Assembly (NCBI GenBank): GCA_020536535.1
Contig: JAHLWZ010000944.1
Location: 1-39,817 of the forward strand
Source: Pelomyxa schiedti
Lineage: Eukaryota > Protista > Evosea
DNA: 39,817 bases
Reading direction: 5' to 3'
Shown here: positions 22,626 to 38,100 of the stretch, piece after piece
Layout of the letters: every line of letters begins with the position of its first letter
Position numbering within the stretch: position 1 is the first letter of the stretch
The notes under the pieces: model-generated
Database searches by the model: none
What the model was told of the DNA's origin: nothing
Seen by the model: only the letters and a program-made list of their open reading frames with translations
Translations under genes and position numbers: made by a program

Positions 22626-24842
22626 CTAATCGTCCAACAATGGTTTGGGTATTGGCCTCGGTGGTTCTGATGGTGGGTCCACAAGGGCGGCGAGTAAAGC
22701 CATGTCTGTGCTGTCAAGTCGGGGGCCCGCTGCCTCCTTGTCTGATCCCCAAAGTACCTCAAACAACCACACCACCACATCCTGGTGTTTGTTGAAAAGT
22801 GCAGCTCTCATACAGGCAACTTCCCCAGGAATACCACCATAGTACCCACCAACTACAGCCTTGGCAGGGGGGTCCCCAGCAGGAACAGGAATGCTCTCAA
22901 TGAGCGTGAACTGGCCCACTAGCCACTTGGCAACTTCAAGGTGTCCATTTGCACAGGCAGACCTGAGTGCATCACATCCACGGGAAGTGGCATCATCACG
23001 TGTGAGGTGGAAGGTGGTTGTCAGCCACTGGGCAAGGTGAAGCCTCCCATCTCGGCATGCATGCCTCAATGCTTGATTTTCCTTGCTGCAGATATCTTCC
23101 TGTTCTAGCTTATACTTAGTACACATATATTCAACAAGGGCAATATTGCCACTTGCACAGGCAGCCCGTGGTATCGCTTTCTTCTCTTCACAAACTTCCT
23201 CTTTTTGAACCTGGAAGGACTCACACAACCACTTCACTACAGCGAAGTGGTTGTTCTTGCAGGCGTATCTGAGTGCAAAATGGTTTTCATGCCTTGTTTC
23301 AGTGCAAGTCAAGCTAAAAGTGGTAACTAAGAAAGAGGCAATGTCCAACCACCCACATGAACATGCGTCATCAAATGCCATAAGAACATCCAAGCGCGAA
23401 AGAGGGAACGCAGTTGCAACCCACTCCACCATTGCCATGTTACCTCCTTGGCATGCATTGCTCAGTACACTGCACACTGTGGGGTCACTATGTATATCGA
23501 ATTTAGAGTCCAGCCACTTGGCTATTTGTAGGTGCCCATTTTGACAGGCACGCTTGAGAATATAGTCACCATTGCCCCTCATGTCACCAATTCCAAGTGA
23601 GAATCTGTTCACCAACCAATCTGCTATCTCCAGGAACCCTCCCTCACATGCGGCTCTAAGTGCACAATTTGAATCATACCTCACCCAGTCTGCGGTTATA
23701 TCCAGCATATCAACAACACGCTTGCACATCTCGAGGTCGCCATTTTCACATGCACACTGCAGAGCCCCAAGACGGCTGCGCCAGGTAAAACACCCTTTTG
23801 GTAGTTTGCTCACAGTATTCCGTTGTACATCGCCCAAATCAGGCCTTAACGTTGGTATTTTAGGTACCGGTGTAGCCGCTTTTCCTCGCATAGCAATTGC
23901 GTTGACAGCCGCAATAGCTTCAGCCACTCTTGGTCTAATTTCAACACTGAGCAAAGGAACCTTTGGAACCCATTCCTCGCTCACATCGGCCTCTCCATCA
24001 CCCTGCACTGCTGTCGTGGAAGTAGTATTGGAGGCTATTTTCACCGCAGTTGTTGCAGAAGCTGAATTCGAAGTAGCGCAAGTACCACCACTTATCCGCA
24101 ATTGCCCGTCCTGATTCCTTCCATCCGGTATCTCAGTACTAGTGGCACAACTAGTCTTAGCAGCAACAGCTTCCTGGTCAAAGTGGTACCACACAGGCTG
24201 GTCGAGCAGTGTCACAAAGTCAGACTGCTTCAAGTTGGAGCCGTCCAAGCCGCCGCCGCATCCCATAATGGGGCCCGGGAGGGCGTCGCCGTGCGCCACC
24301 ACCCAGCGCAGGCACCGCTGGGCCCGCGCCTTGGCGCACACGACGGCGCACTCGTCGCGCCCGACGCGGGAGGCGGCGAAGCGGCAGGCGCGCGGGACCA
24401 GCAGGAAGAACGCGTCGGCGGCCCGCAGGACAAACTCGGCGTAGCACAGCGACGCCTCGCGCGGCGTGACCCTGCCGCCCTCGACGGCGGCGGCGGCGGC
24501 GGCGGAGTCGGCGGCGGCTCTCGCCGAGTACAGCAGAGACAGATACGAGGCCGTGGTGGTCGTGGCGGTTGTCGGGCCAGACGGGTGTGGCGGTGGGCAG
24601 GAGGCGGGCGACAGCCACGGGGGGAGGAGCGCGTCTCGGTTGGCTCCGCGGTGTTGGTCGTGGGCGGGGGTACCTGCGAAGGAGCGGCGCAGGGTGTCGA
24701 GGTGCCTGGGAATCACCAGCGTCCACATCGTGTAACACACGTCGAACAGCTTCTTGTTGTCTCTGGTCGTAGACATCGCGGTGTGCCCTCCGCAATTTGA
24801 CGCTTCGAAGCGTAATTTTTGTTCCCAAAGTCTTTGTCCCAT
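22626..24842 (-). CDS. Ankyrin-repeat protein (apparently intronless)
   Basis: About nine repeats of ALRxACxxGHLxxAxWLxxxF, e.g. ALRAACEGGFLEIADWLV and ALRSACANGHLEVAKWLV, in a 738-aa ORF. Confidence 0.88.
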   Translation of the reverse strand: MGQRLWEQKLRFEASNCGGHTAMSTTRDNKKLFDVCYTMWTLVIPRHLDTLRRSFAGTPAHDQHRGANRDALLPPWLSPASCPPPHPSGPTTATTTTASYLSLLYSARAAADSAAAAAAVEGGRVTPREASLCYAEFVLRAADAFFLLVPRACRFAASRVGRDECAVVCAKARAQRCLRWVVAHGDALPGPIMGCGGGLDGSNLKQSDFVTLLDQPVWYHFDQEAVAAKTSCATSTEIPDGRNQDGQLRISGGTCATSNSASATTAVKIASNTTSTTAVQGDGEADVSEEWVPKVPLLSVEIRPRVAEAIAAVNAIAMRGKAATPVPKIPTLRPDLGDVQRNTVSKLPKGCFTWRSRLGALQCACENGDLEMCKRVVDMLDITADWVRYDSNCALRAACEGGFLEIADWLVNRFSLGIGDMRGNGDYILKRACQNGHLQIAKWLDSKFDIHSDPTVCSVLSNACQGGNMAMVEWVATAFPLSRLDVLMAFDDACSCGWLDIASFLVTTFSLTCTETRHENHFALRYACKNNHFAVVKWLCESFQVQKEEVCEEKKAIPRAACASGNIALVEYMCTKYKLEQEDICSKENQALRHACRDGRLHLAQWLTTTFHLTRDDATSRGCDALRSACANGHLEVAKWLVGQFTLIESIPVPAGDPPAKAVVGGYYGGIPGEVACMRAALFNKHQDVVVWLFEVLWGSDKEAAGPRLDSTDMALLAALVDPPSEPPRPIPKPLLDD

Positions 24843-25141
24843 AGCGAACCACTACGCCTCCGCGGCCTCGTTTTTTGGAAAGGAGGGGAGGTCGAAAGAA
24901 GTCCAAGTCGGCAAGCCCTCTGAACCCCAAGAAGTACAATCGGTGCTCCAAGTTGGTAATTGTCTCGGTCGCCGAAATCTGCAAGCGCAGAGTCGAAGTT
25001 GACGGTGATGGGCGTAACGTGGTCGGGATTGGGCGTCGCAGATCCATTGGAATTGGAATTTCAAAAGGAAACGCATTTTGTCGTAGCAACCTCAGATCTC
25101 TGCGAATATACGTCCGGAACAAAGCTAAAACACCTTGCGTA
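24843..25141. promoter_or_regulatory. Compact divergent promoter region, ankyrin / LLTP-like
   Basis: 299 bp separate the divergent start codons. Confidence 0.45.
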
Positions 25142-28100
25142 ATGGCACTGTTGTGGAGCCAGCGGTTAGTGCAAGCTTTTGTGTTGGCGGCGTTTACGTC
25201 GCTGTTTGCGGGTCTCGCGTATTCTCAAAGTTCAAAACAACCCGTGGCTGGATCTCCTGCGATAAGCGGAGAAATACGATACAGCGTTGGAATGTCATAC
25301 AAGTAATTGCGTATTCCTAAGTAAATGCGACATTTATATTATGAATGATAGGTACAAGATGTGGACCTCGGTACAAACCCGCGGGTCTGTTAAAACCACA
25401 GAGCACGAGGAGCTCTCTGATGCCTCCTTTTATTGTACAGTTGTCTTGGTACTATTCCCCGCTGTTATTCTCACTCTCTGAAGTATCCAAATTTGCAGAA
25501 TTGTATTGCAGAAGACGAAACTTCTTATTACATCTCAGTGAACTTGTACGACCTAAATCTCTTTGGAGGAGGAACTACAACAAAAATGCAACCTGTTGCC
25601 ACACAGAAAGTGACGAACCCAACAAAAATTGACCTAACAACAATTCCCGAACCCCCATCTGGTTCTCTTAGGGTCAACCCAGGGGGTGAAGCTGTAGGAA
25701 ACCCTCTATTCTTCCAACAAAATAAAACTGGAGGTGTGAATTTGGTGTGGTACAATGAAAACGACCCCCCACAAGCTCTGAGTCTGCAGATATCAGTGGT
25801 GAACCTACTTCAAACAAATGTTGGGACATTGAAAGAGCCAACGGGAAGTGCTCTCACAGAAGAAAGCAGCTGCTCTGGGGACCGTGTTACATATTATTTC
25901 AGCTCGGGAAACACTATGGAAAAGACCTATAGCGAAAAAGACTATCACTACTTCTCTGATCCTCTTCTTACTCCGAACAATGTGGAAATTTCTGGAAAAG
26001 GGGCCCTTAGCTTTCATAATGATGGCCATATCTCTACTTCCATACTGGATGAAACAGTGACTTTGGTTGATGCCTCCCCGCACTATGCACCCTCTTCCAT
26101 GAATCAAGGGGATAAACGCATTTACTCAAGCCGAAGTGATGACTCCAGTTCAACACATGTTGGTCCTGCTGTGCCCGACGTTGAACTCACTGCAGTGGGG
26201 CACGCTGCGTTATCATTCATTGGAATGTCTCCCACCACGCACATGTCTTCAGCAAGTTTCCTCGACTTGGTGTCACCAACCCAAAAGTTTAACAAAGGAA
26301 CTCCCAGCCAAGTTGCGGCTAAACTGATGCAATTCATCACACCTCGTATGGTTGATGTAGCTTCTTCGCTTGACATGGTTATCAAAGAAGATATTGGTGC
26401 TGTAGTACTTGAAGATCTCATCACCACACTTCAGGTATCCTCCTTCTTTTCTTTATGAGGATTTTTTAATTTCTGTCAGAATTCGCCTGAAGATCTGCCA
26501 CATCTTGTTAGACTTCTTGATGTCTTGCTGACTTTTCCTTCTTCTGTGAGAGACACCCTCTTATACATTGCCGCTGTAACAAGTGAAGAAAATTTCTTGA
26601 AGTAATTGCCAAAAAAACCAAGGATAGGGCAACCTAATGGCTCAACACAGGTTTGGTTTGTACTCGCCTGATGTAGAGATTTGTGTACAAGCAGCTTTGA
26701 TGGCAACGGAGATCCCAAACCCATCAAAAACAACTTTAGAAGCTCTTGCTGATATAGGGCTTCGTCGGCAATATTCTAGAGTCTCATATGAACCCGAAAG
26801 CAAACTGTCTGGACTATTCTTCTCTGACTTGAAATGTGCTGCCCTGGTGTCATACACCCAAATGATTGACAAATACGAGTCACATCGGTAGCTTCACTCT
26901 TGCAGTATACGCATTCTGACCAAAGAAGGTGCCTGGAAACCTTTCAAAATATACTCCCCCTTTTGGACGATTATAGCAATCCACAAATGTTTTGTGTGCT
27001 TCATGCCCTAAGTTATCTTCCTTGCGGATCTATCCCACCAGACACGCTAGAGCGTCTCTTATCACATCCCAATCCATCTATTCAGAGCACTGTAAGGTAG
27101 TCCTTAGCTGTTCCATCCTGTATTCCCAACCACACCTTAAGTTTGATGCAGTCCAAAAAGGCTCACGCTTCCTCGGGATCCCGGGAACAAGGTACCATTC
27201 ATTCACCTGGCTCCTTTTTAACAGTTTTTATGTTGGTAAGGGTTTTACCGGAATTACACCTTTTCAAAGAGTATTCTACTTGGAGGCCATACCATTAACT
27301 CTCGTTTTTATGTGGACCTGTTTGCTGGCTCCAATTTTAACTGTGCTTCACCGGCTGACCTGCAACACTCTTCCATGGTGAATTAGTAAACATTCAATTT
27401 GCATCTTATCGTTTAAGCAGGCAAGAATCAATTTAGGAGCCAACACAAATTTTCTGGGTTTTTGTGGGGAAGCATTTAGAGCAGATGCATACTACAGCAG
27501 TACCGAAAACGTAGATTCCAGGAATAGTGTCTCGGTCAGGTAAAAGTCATAACCGTCTCAATTGACTGCACTAAATTTTGACAGTGTCTGGGGGAATGTT
27601 ATCTATGCAAGAAATTTGAACCTTGATTGCAGTTTACATACATCAGGTTAACCTGATATCTCCCTCTATAATTGGCCTAAACAGTCTTGCACAGATATCA
27701 CCCATTTTGCACCAGGCTTTTCTACGCGCTACACTGTTTGGGTTGTGGGAATACCAATTACCTTCACGGCTGGAGTGCACCTAAACTTTGATTTGAAGTG
27801 GGGTTGGAAGATTTGCGACTCAAACCTCACAGCTATGATGCAACTGGAGCCAAAGGCCTACGTGGTAAAGAGCTTACATTTCTCCTGCTTGTTTTATACA
27901 AGGCAATAGATGTTTGGTGGCTCTGCGGAAGTGGATCTGTTTTTGCTTAAAGCTGGAGTCTTACTTCAAGGCGGATTTGGCACCGAAATAAACCCACAAG
28001 CCGAGATTGAAGGAGACCACTGCAGTATCAGAGCATTTATAAAGTCCCGCTTTTCCTCTCTGAGTGTTCCCACGCTCACATTTCAACAGGCGCACTGGCC

Positions 28101-28319
28101 CTCCATTGCTCGTAGACTTAGAAGCCTATCACTCCTGGAAACACTGTCACCTTTTGCACAAGAACAAGTGCAGCTGGGGAAAGCAACGCTCCAAAGTGCT
28201 GTGGTCATGGAGTAAGTTCCACAACCCACTTGTCTCCGACTTACGCATCACTAACTCCTCACGCAGGTCTTCCCTCAGTAGACTACGTGCTAGCCGAGAG
28301 AGACTGGGACATCAGATGA
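25142..28319 (+). CDS. Secreted large lipid-transfer / vitellogenin-N-like protein, multi-exon
   Basis: N-terminal signal peptide; YSVGMSYK|YKM, PLFFQQNKTGGVNLVWYNENDP...VVNLLQT and EESSCSG resemble the LLTP N-terminal beta-barrel, followed by helical and then beta-rich regions. Family assigned by pattern recall only. Confidence 0.55.
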
Positions 28320-28398
28320 CCCGATGCACTTATGTGAACATTCCTCATTCGTTCTGTAACGTTTTTGCAAATAAACAACAAAAAAAAAACAATCGATC

Positions 28399-29323
28399 AT
28401 GGGCAAGTCTCTTTTCGTTGTGCTGTGCGTTGCTTGTGTGGCCTGCGCTGAGGTAGGCCCAATTCCATGGATTCTAAAAAAAAAAACCGAAACAACGGCC
28501 GCATTCATTTAGTTCTAATGACATTTTCTTAGCCCTTCATCGTTTCGTGCATAGGTATTTGGTTTTTTTTTTTTTGTCAAGTTCCTTTGGATTGACTGGG
28601 GTATTATGTTTGTTGAAGGTGACAGCATTACTGAGGGATATGGCACCGATGACCCAAGGAGCTGGCCAAATGTGCTTCAGGTTCTATTGGGAACTGATGT
28701 TGCCACTGTGAATAACTTTGGCGTGTCTGGTACCACTATGATGAAGAATGTAAGGATATTAGCTTACTTACTATTTCTCATATAAAGCAAGGGTGACTAT
28801 CCGTACTGGAGCACTTCAGCGTATTACAAGGCATTACTCAGCAATCCAGACATTGTCATCATTCAGTTGGGCACCAATGATGCAAAGACTTATCAATGGA
28901 ATGCAGCTGAGTATACCAATGACTACACTGAGATGGTCAAAGAATTCGCAGCACTCCCGTCTGCTCCGGTTGTGTATGCAAACATTCCTCCCCCACTCTA
29001 TGAGGACGGAGTGTACTCTATGAATGCTACAGTCATAAACTATGTACTTCCTGACCTCATCCATGACCTAGCAGGAGACCTTGCGATAGAGCTCATTGAT
29101 GGTTTGTGCCCCTTTTCTCACTGCACTATGCCCCCTTCCAAACTCTATCTCAATCACCCACCTGGGAATTATCACTCACACCAACCAACGGCCATTAGTG
29201 TTTGACCACATGGGCACAGTGCAGCTTACACACTCGTCCTGGTTCCAGGATGGTTGCCACCCCAATCAAGATGGTTACCAGGTTCTGGCCGAAACAGTCT
29301 ATTCTGAAATACGCCCTTGGTAA
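28399..29323 (+). CDS. Secreted SGNH/GDSL hydrolase (acetylesterase-like), multi-exon
   Basis: Signal peptide; blocks CIGDSITEG (I), NFGVSGTT (II), IIQLGTNDA (III) and DGCHPNQDGY (V). Confidence 0.9.
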
Positions 29324-29429
29324 CACACGAGGCCTCCTAGGAAACAAAGAAACTTTTCCGCCCCTCCACTTCCAAAAACGTTCTCCTTTTCTGTTAGTAA
29401 CAAAAAGCTTGGTTTCGTGTCTGTGGCTG

Positions 29430-30668
29430 ATGAACGCATCGACAACAGCAAGGACTGGGGCCGAGACCGGCAGCGTTGGGGTTTCGGGGGGCACGGTAAC
29501 GGCAGGCACGACGACAGTTGACACAGACACCCGCGACGTGGCGCGAGTCTGCAGTGGCGAGGGCGGCGGCGACAACGACGAGGCAGACATATCGGGAGGC
29601 GTGGACCGCAACCGCACAGGCGGCGCGTGGACCCCAGACCACGACGAGCCCCTTCCTGAAGGAGGCAGTGTGGGCGGCGGGGGCGGGAAAGGACATGGAG
29701 GCCGGGGTGGGGATGGCGAGGGCGAGGGAGAGGGAGAGGGAAAGAGAGAGAGGGAGGGAGAGGTAGAGGGAGAGGGAAATGGAGAAGGGGCAGGGGCAGG
29801 GGCAGGGACAGGGGCGAGGCCCGAGCCAACAGCGAAGAAGAGAGCGAGGGTGGTGGGGGAGAGCGGGAGGGGGGCAGGGAGGAGGCACCGGGTGACCTTC
29901 GCCGTCGGGCGCGACGACGTGCACGTCTTCGACAAGAGGGACGCGCCGTCGGTGAACATACACGAGATTGAGCAGGCTGTCATTGTGAGCGTTGTTGTTG
30001 TTGTACTACTGCCATTTGAAGGTTTTTTTTTAGCGGGGGAGGAGGAGTGGTGAGTGTGCTTTGTCAATGAACTCACTATGACATATGAAAGGAGGAGAAC
30101 CAAGAAACATTGCACACACTCCAGGAGCCTATTATTGAAAACGCTCTTAGTATTGAGGAGGCAGTGGAAGTTAAACAGACATTCAATTTCAGTGGGTGTG
30201 TACATGCATTATCCATTTTTTTCTCTCTCTCTTTCTTTTTTTAAACACTGGTGGTGTAAAGAAATACCCTCAATATTCTATGGTAAACCGTATTCTAATT
30301 GGAGTATTGTGAACTACATTTTATTGCTGGAACCTGTTCCTGTTTCAGTTTAGAGGGCACAGTTACTGCAACCTTTGACACTGAAACTATGACAGTTTCA
30401 CAATTGAAGGAAGCTTTGAATGCTCGCGGCCTTTCCGCTGTGGGCCGCCGACATGAACTCCAAGTGTGCATTCACCACCTTGGTTTTTTTTTCCATATTA
30501 CTGACATTCAATCAGAAACGGTTGGAGGATGACCTGACCAAAGGAACTGATACAAAAGCCACAGTGACTACAAACAAAGGACACCCACCAAAGCCCACAA
30601 AGAAGAAAGGGAGACTCAAGAAAGACCACTCCTCAGAACTTCCCAGCTGGTTACAATGGCAGTCCTAA
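29430..30668 (+). CDS. Low-complexity protein with RVxF motif and C-terminal SAP domain, multi-exon (middle exons tentative)
   Basis: KKRARV...RRHRVTFAVGRDDVHVFD in exon 1; MTVSQLKEALNARGLSAVGRRHELQ|KRL is a SAP-domain pattern. Confidence 0.6.
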
Positions 30669-30884
30669 ATCTTCCTTTGTGGTCACCATGTACTCATTAT
30701 TATTGTCAGTGACCACAAAGGCCAATTTCAGAAACTTGCAAAGCACTCAGCACCAATTCAAAAAAAAAAAAAAAAAGCGATTGAGCGAGCGTATCATCAC
30801 CATCAATTATGCCAAGATCTAGAGATCTTTTTTTTCCATAAAAACAAGATTAAACACAAACGAGAGGGACGCTCACGCGGGAGG

Positions 30885-34887
<4,003 letters not shown>

Positions 34888-35171
34888 TTTCAAATCCGGT
34901 TTCGGAGTTTTTTTTTTCCCTCTTTTGCGGTACTTCACGTTAGTTCAGTGCGTCCTTGTGTTAACCAATAGAACACCAAGCCACCATCACTCTGCTCTAA
35001 ACAAACACGGTTTTGATGTCTGGAACGAAACCGGAGAAACTGATCGATCCCGCCAAAACTAGTGCCACCGGGCGCACTGTTTACTGCTAGGCGAATCCGT
35101 CTAGTCTTTCTCAAAATAAGAACTATATCACAAAAGAAATACAGTTTGTTGTTCTACTACTATTCAACGTC

Positions 35172-38100
35172 TCAGACCTTTGATGTGTCAGAGGAAGTTG
35201 GTGTGTCAGGACCAAAATCTGTTGTGCAGTGCACGTCAATATCCACCTTTTTGCCAGGGCATCCCATGAGCCGCTGCTCCAGCTGCTCGTGGGCCACAAA
35301 TCTCCTCCTGTCATATGTGCGTGTGTTGCCAAACAGCTTTGGCACCCACACCCTCGCCAGCAATTCATAGCCAAGGCAAGCAAAGAAACACGCCACGGCA
35401 AATCCCACAATGATTCCACGGAAGTCATACGGGATTCTGATTGGATTCTCTCCAATGCCTTCAAACGTTGATGATGACGATGGCGATGACAATGACAACG
35501 AGAGTGCTGACGATGACGCAGACGACGACGAAGAAGAAGAAAACGCCGGGCCGTTGGGCAGTTGATACCAAGTGTAGAATCCTGCTATATCCTGGAACAG
35601 AATGAAAAAGTTGAATGCCGTGTCGAATAGAACTCCACATAGGAGCCACAGGTTGTGCCATGGCCATTTCATGAATGGATACCCAAGCGAGAATACAATT
35701 GCCACAATGGGAAGCTGGAATTGCCTGTTTACATAGGTGAACTATATTTATGTTTTTTTTTTTTTTTTTTTAAATAGTAATAGGAGGAGGACTTCACATA
35801 CGAAATTAAGATCACAACAGCCGTTGGATGGGAGTTGTTGAAAGTTACTCCATCCGGCGGGATAGGGTGCACCCACCAATCTTGGTTCTTTGCTGTAACA
35901 TAGACAAGTACAATGAATGCGATGTTGATGATGAGCTGGCCGATTACGGAAGTGAACACCGGAATACTGATAAGAGAGGATGTAGGTTTTCGTTTTGACA
36001 ATTTTTTGCAAGCTGCTGTATGGCTCACTGAATGAAATTATCAATTTAAATCAGGGCTGAGAATGAATTGGAATACTTACTTGTCCATGAAAGCACAAGA
36101 GTCAAGACAACATCTTGGTATAAGAAGTGCCAATTTCCAAGGTTACAATATGTGTAATACAACAATACAACGTCTGTATATTGGATCATGGAATACAAAG
36201 CCATATACTTGAATAATGAAAAAGAGGTAGCCAGGGCACATCTAGATTCTTTCATAAGGTGATTATGGCTGAACGAGTGCACGCAACCTTCCCTCTTTGA
36301 GGAGAGTGAGAACAGAGCTTATATTTGGCACAGTGCTGGTGAATGGAGCTGCAATGGAGGCCTCAGTCTCGGCCAGGCTCAGGCCAACTCTTGCCGCCTT
36401 CAAAGCCCCACAGTCATTAGTTCCATCTCCACACATTCCCTGAAAAGGGATGTCACTACTCAATGAGGGAGTTGTAATTCGTACTGTGAAATAGCCCATA
36501 TTTTCAAAGGCTTCAACCAGTTGTCTCTTTTGATCTGGTTTCATGCGGGCAAATACTTGGCCTCTTACCAGAATCATATCAAACCTTGAAATTGAAAGGT
36601 ACTTTCAATCACAGGAAAAGTCCATGGGAGGATTGTGAGTGCATGGCATACTTCTGCCCTCCTTTGGAAAGATAGTATGAGAATGCGTCACTGTGAAGAG
36701 CGTATTGGAAGAACTTGTGGCCATCTGCATTTCAATTACTCTAAGGAAGATATGCAGGAATTGATTGACTGTACCAGTGGGTTTTAGAGTGAGTGGGTCC
36801 AGAGGTGGGTACGACTCTTCCAATGGGCGCCACACAACGTCTCCATCCCTGTACTCTGCCAAATAGATATAATTTGGCGCCCGAAGGATTTGGCACGTTC
36901 GAGCAACAGAAATGGCAGTCTGCAGATTATCTGGCAAATCATTACTTCCACCCCCAGTAATGTTAAAACTACATACCACCAGTGGCCATGACACTCCTAA
37001 TACGAGCTCGGGATAGTTCCTGTATCGTTGGGGCACTTTCGGGCTTAAGTGGATTGTTGAGAATGAGCAAACACTGGAATTCCAGGTCGTGTTCAATCTC
37101 TTCTTGAGGGGAACCGAGTCTCTGCAGATTTTATTAGGAAAGGCCACAGTTATAGTGTTGCAGTACGATTTTTGAAGCTTTGACTGTTTTGCTAGCACAA
37201 GCAATTACACGATATCCCTGGGATGTGCACTGCGACAGAGTGCGCTCAAATCCAACAGGCAGTGTTGATTTGATGCACAGTGACGAAACGACTTCAGGTG
37301 CTCCCTTTGCAACCACCACAACGGTCTTTGGTGAGTGTGTCCACTGTGCTATTACAACTTGGCGTTGCATTGCTGGAGTAAAGTCGAATCTGCCATAGAT
37401 GTTACTTGTAAATGAAGTCACTAATGCACGAACCTCTTAAGTATCTTGATACACCGAGGTTTTTCTCCAGGAGCAGTGGGCTCAGGTTCCATAACACTTG
37501 TTATCATTTTATCATCTTCAATTTTCTCTTCCAAGTGCCACTTGGTGAATTCGACCATCTTGACATCAAGTGGGTCTCCTATCAGTTGATCTCCCATCAA
37601 CCCAACAGAATGGCAGCAAGTCAAAACTGCCATTGCACCACTGTTTAGAGCCCGAGGGTCATTCACGCAAAGCCTGGTATCTACATCGCTGGTACTGAGG
37701 GCTAGGCGAGTTTTTCCAGCACTTGTATCTGACGAGGAGGAGGGTGGGCCGGCAGTGTCAGGAGTTATGGCACCTACAACTTCAAGCCCTTCTTCCTGTT
37801 ATGAAGGAATTTGGTAAGGGAATTTCAGGATAGCTGGAGCGGCACTTACCGTTAGTGTTCCTGTTTTGTCAAATGTCATGAGCTGAACTTTTCCAGCTTC
37901 GTTCACTCGCTTGGGGCTGATGCAATAAACATTTCTGTGTTCCTATGTAAGAAATTGCAATCCAAGTAGAAGGATACCTGGATTTCAGCCTTCCCACTGC
38001 ATTTATGGTTCCTATAGTGAGAGCTAAGGGAAGTGCAGGAGGGACGATGATAGTTATCAGATCCAATCCCCTTATAGCGATTTGACCGGGAGGAGTATTG

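Noticed and set aside
26435-26479. U12-type intron (GTATCCTC donor)
   Set aside because: The donor deviates from RTATCCTT and no TCCTTAAC-like branch site is present; with such degenerate donors a chance match is likely.
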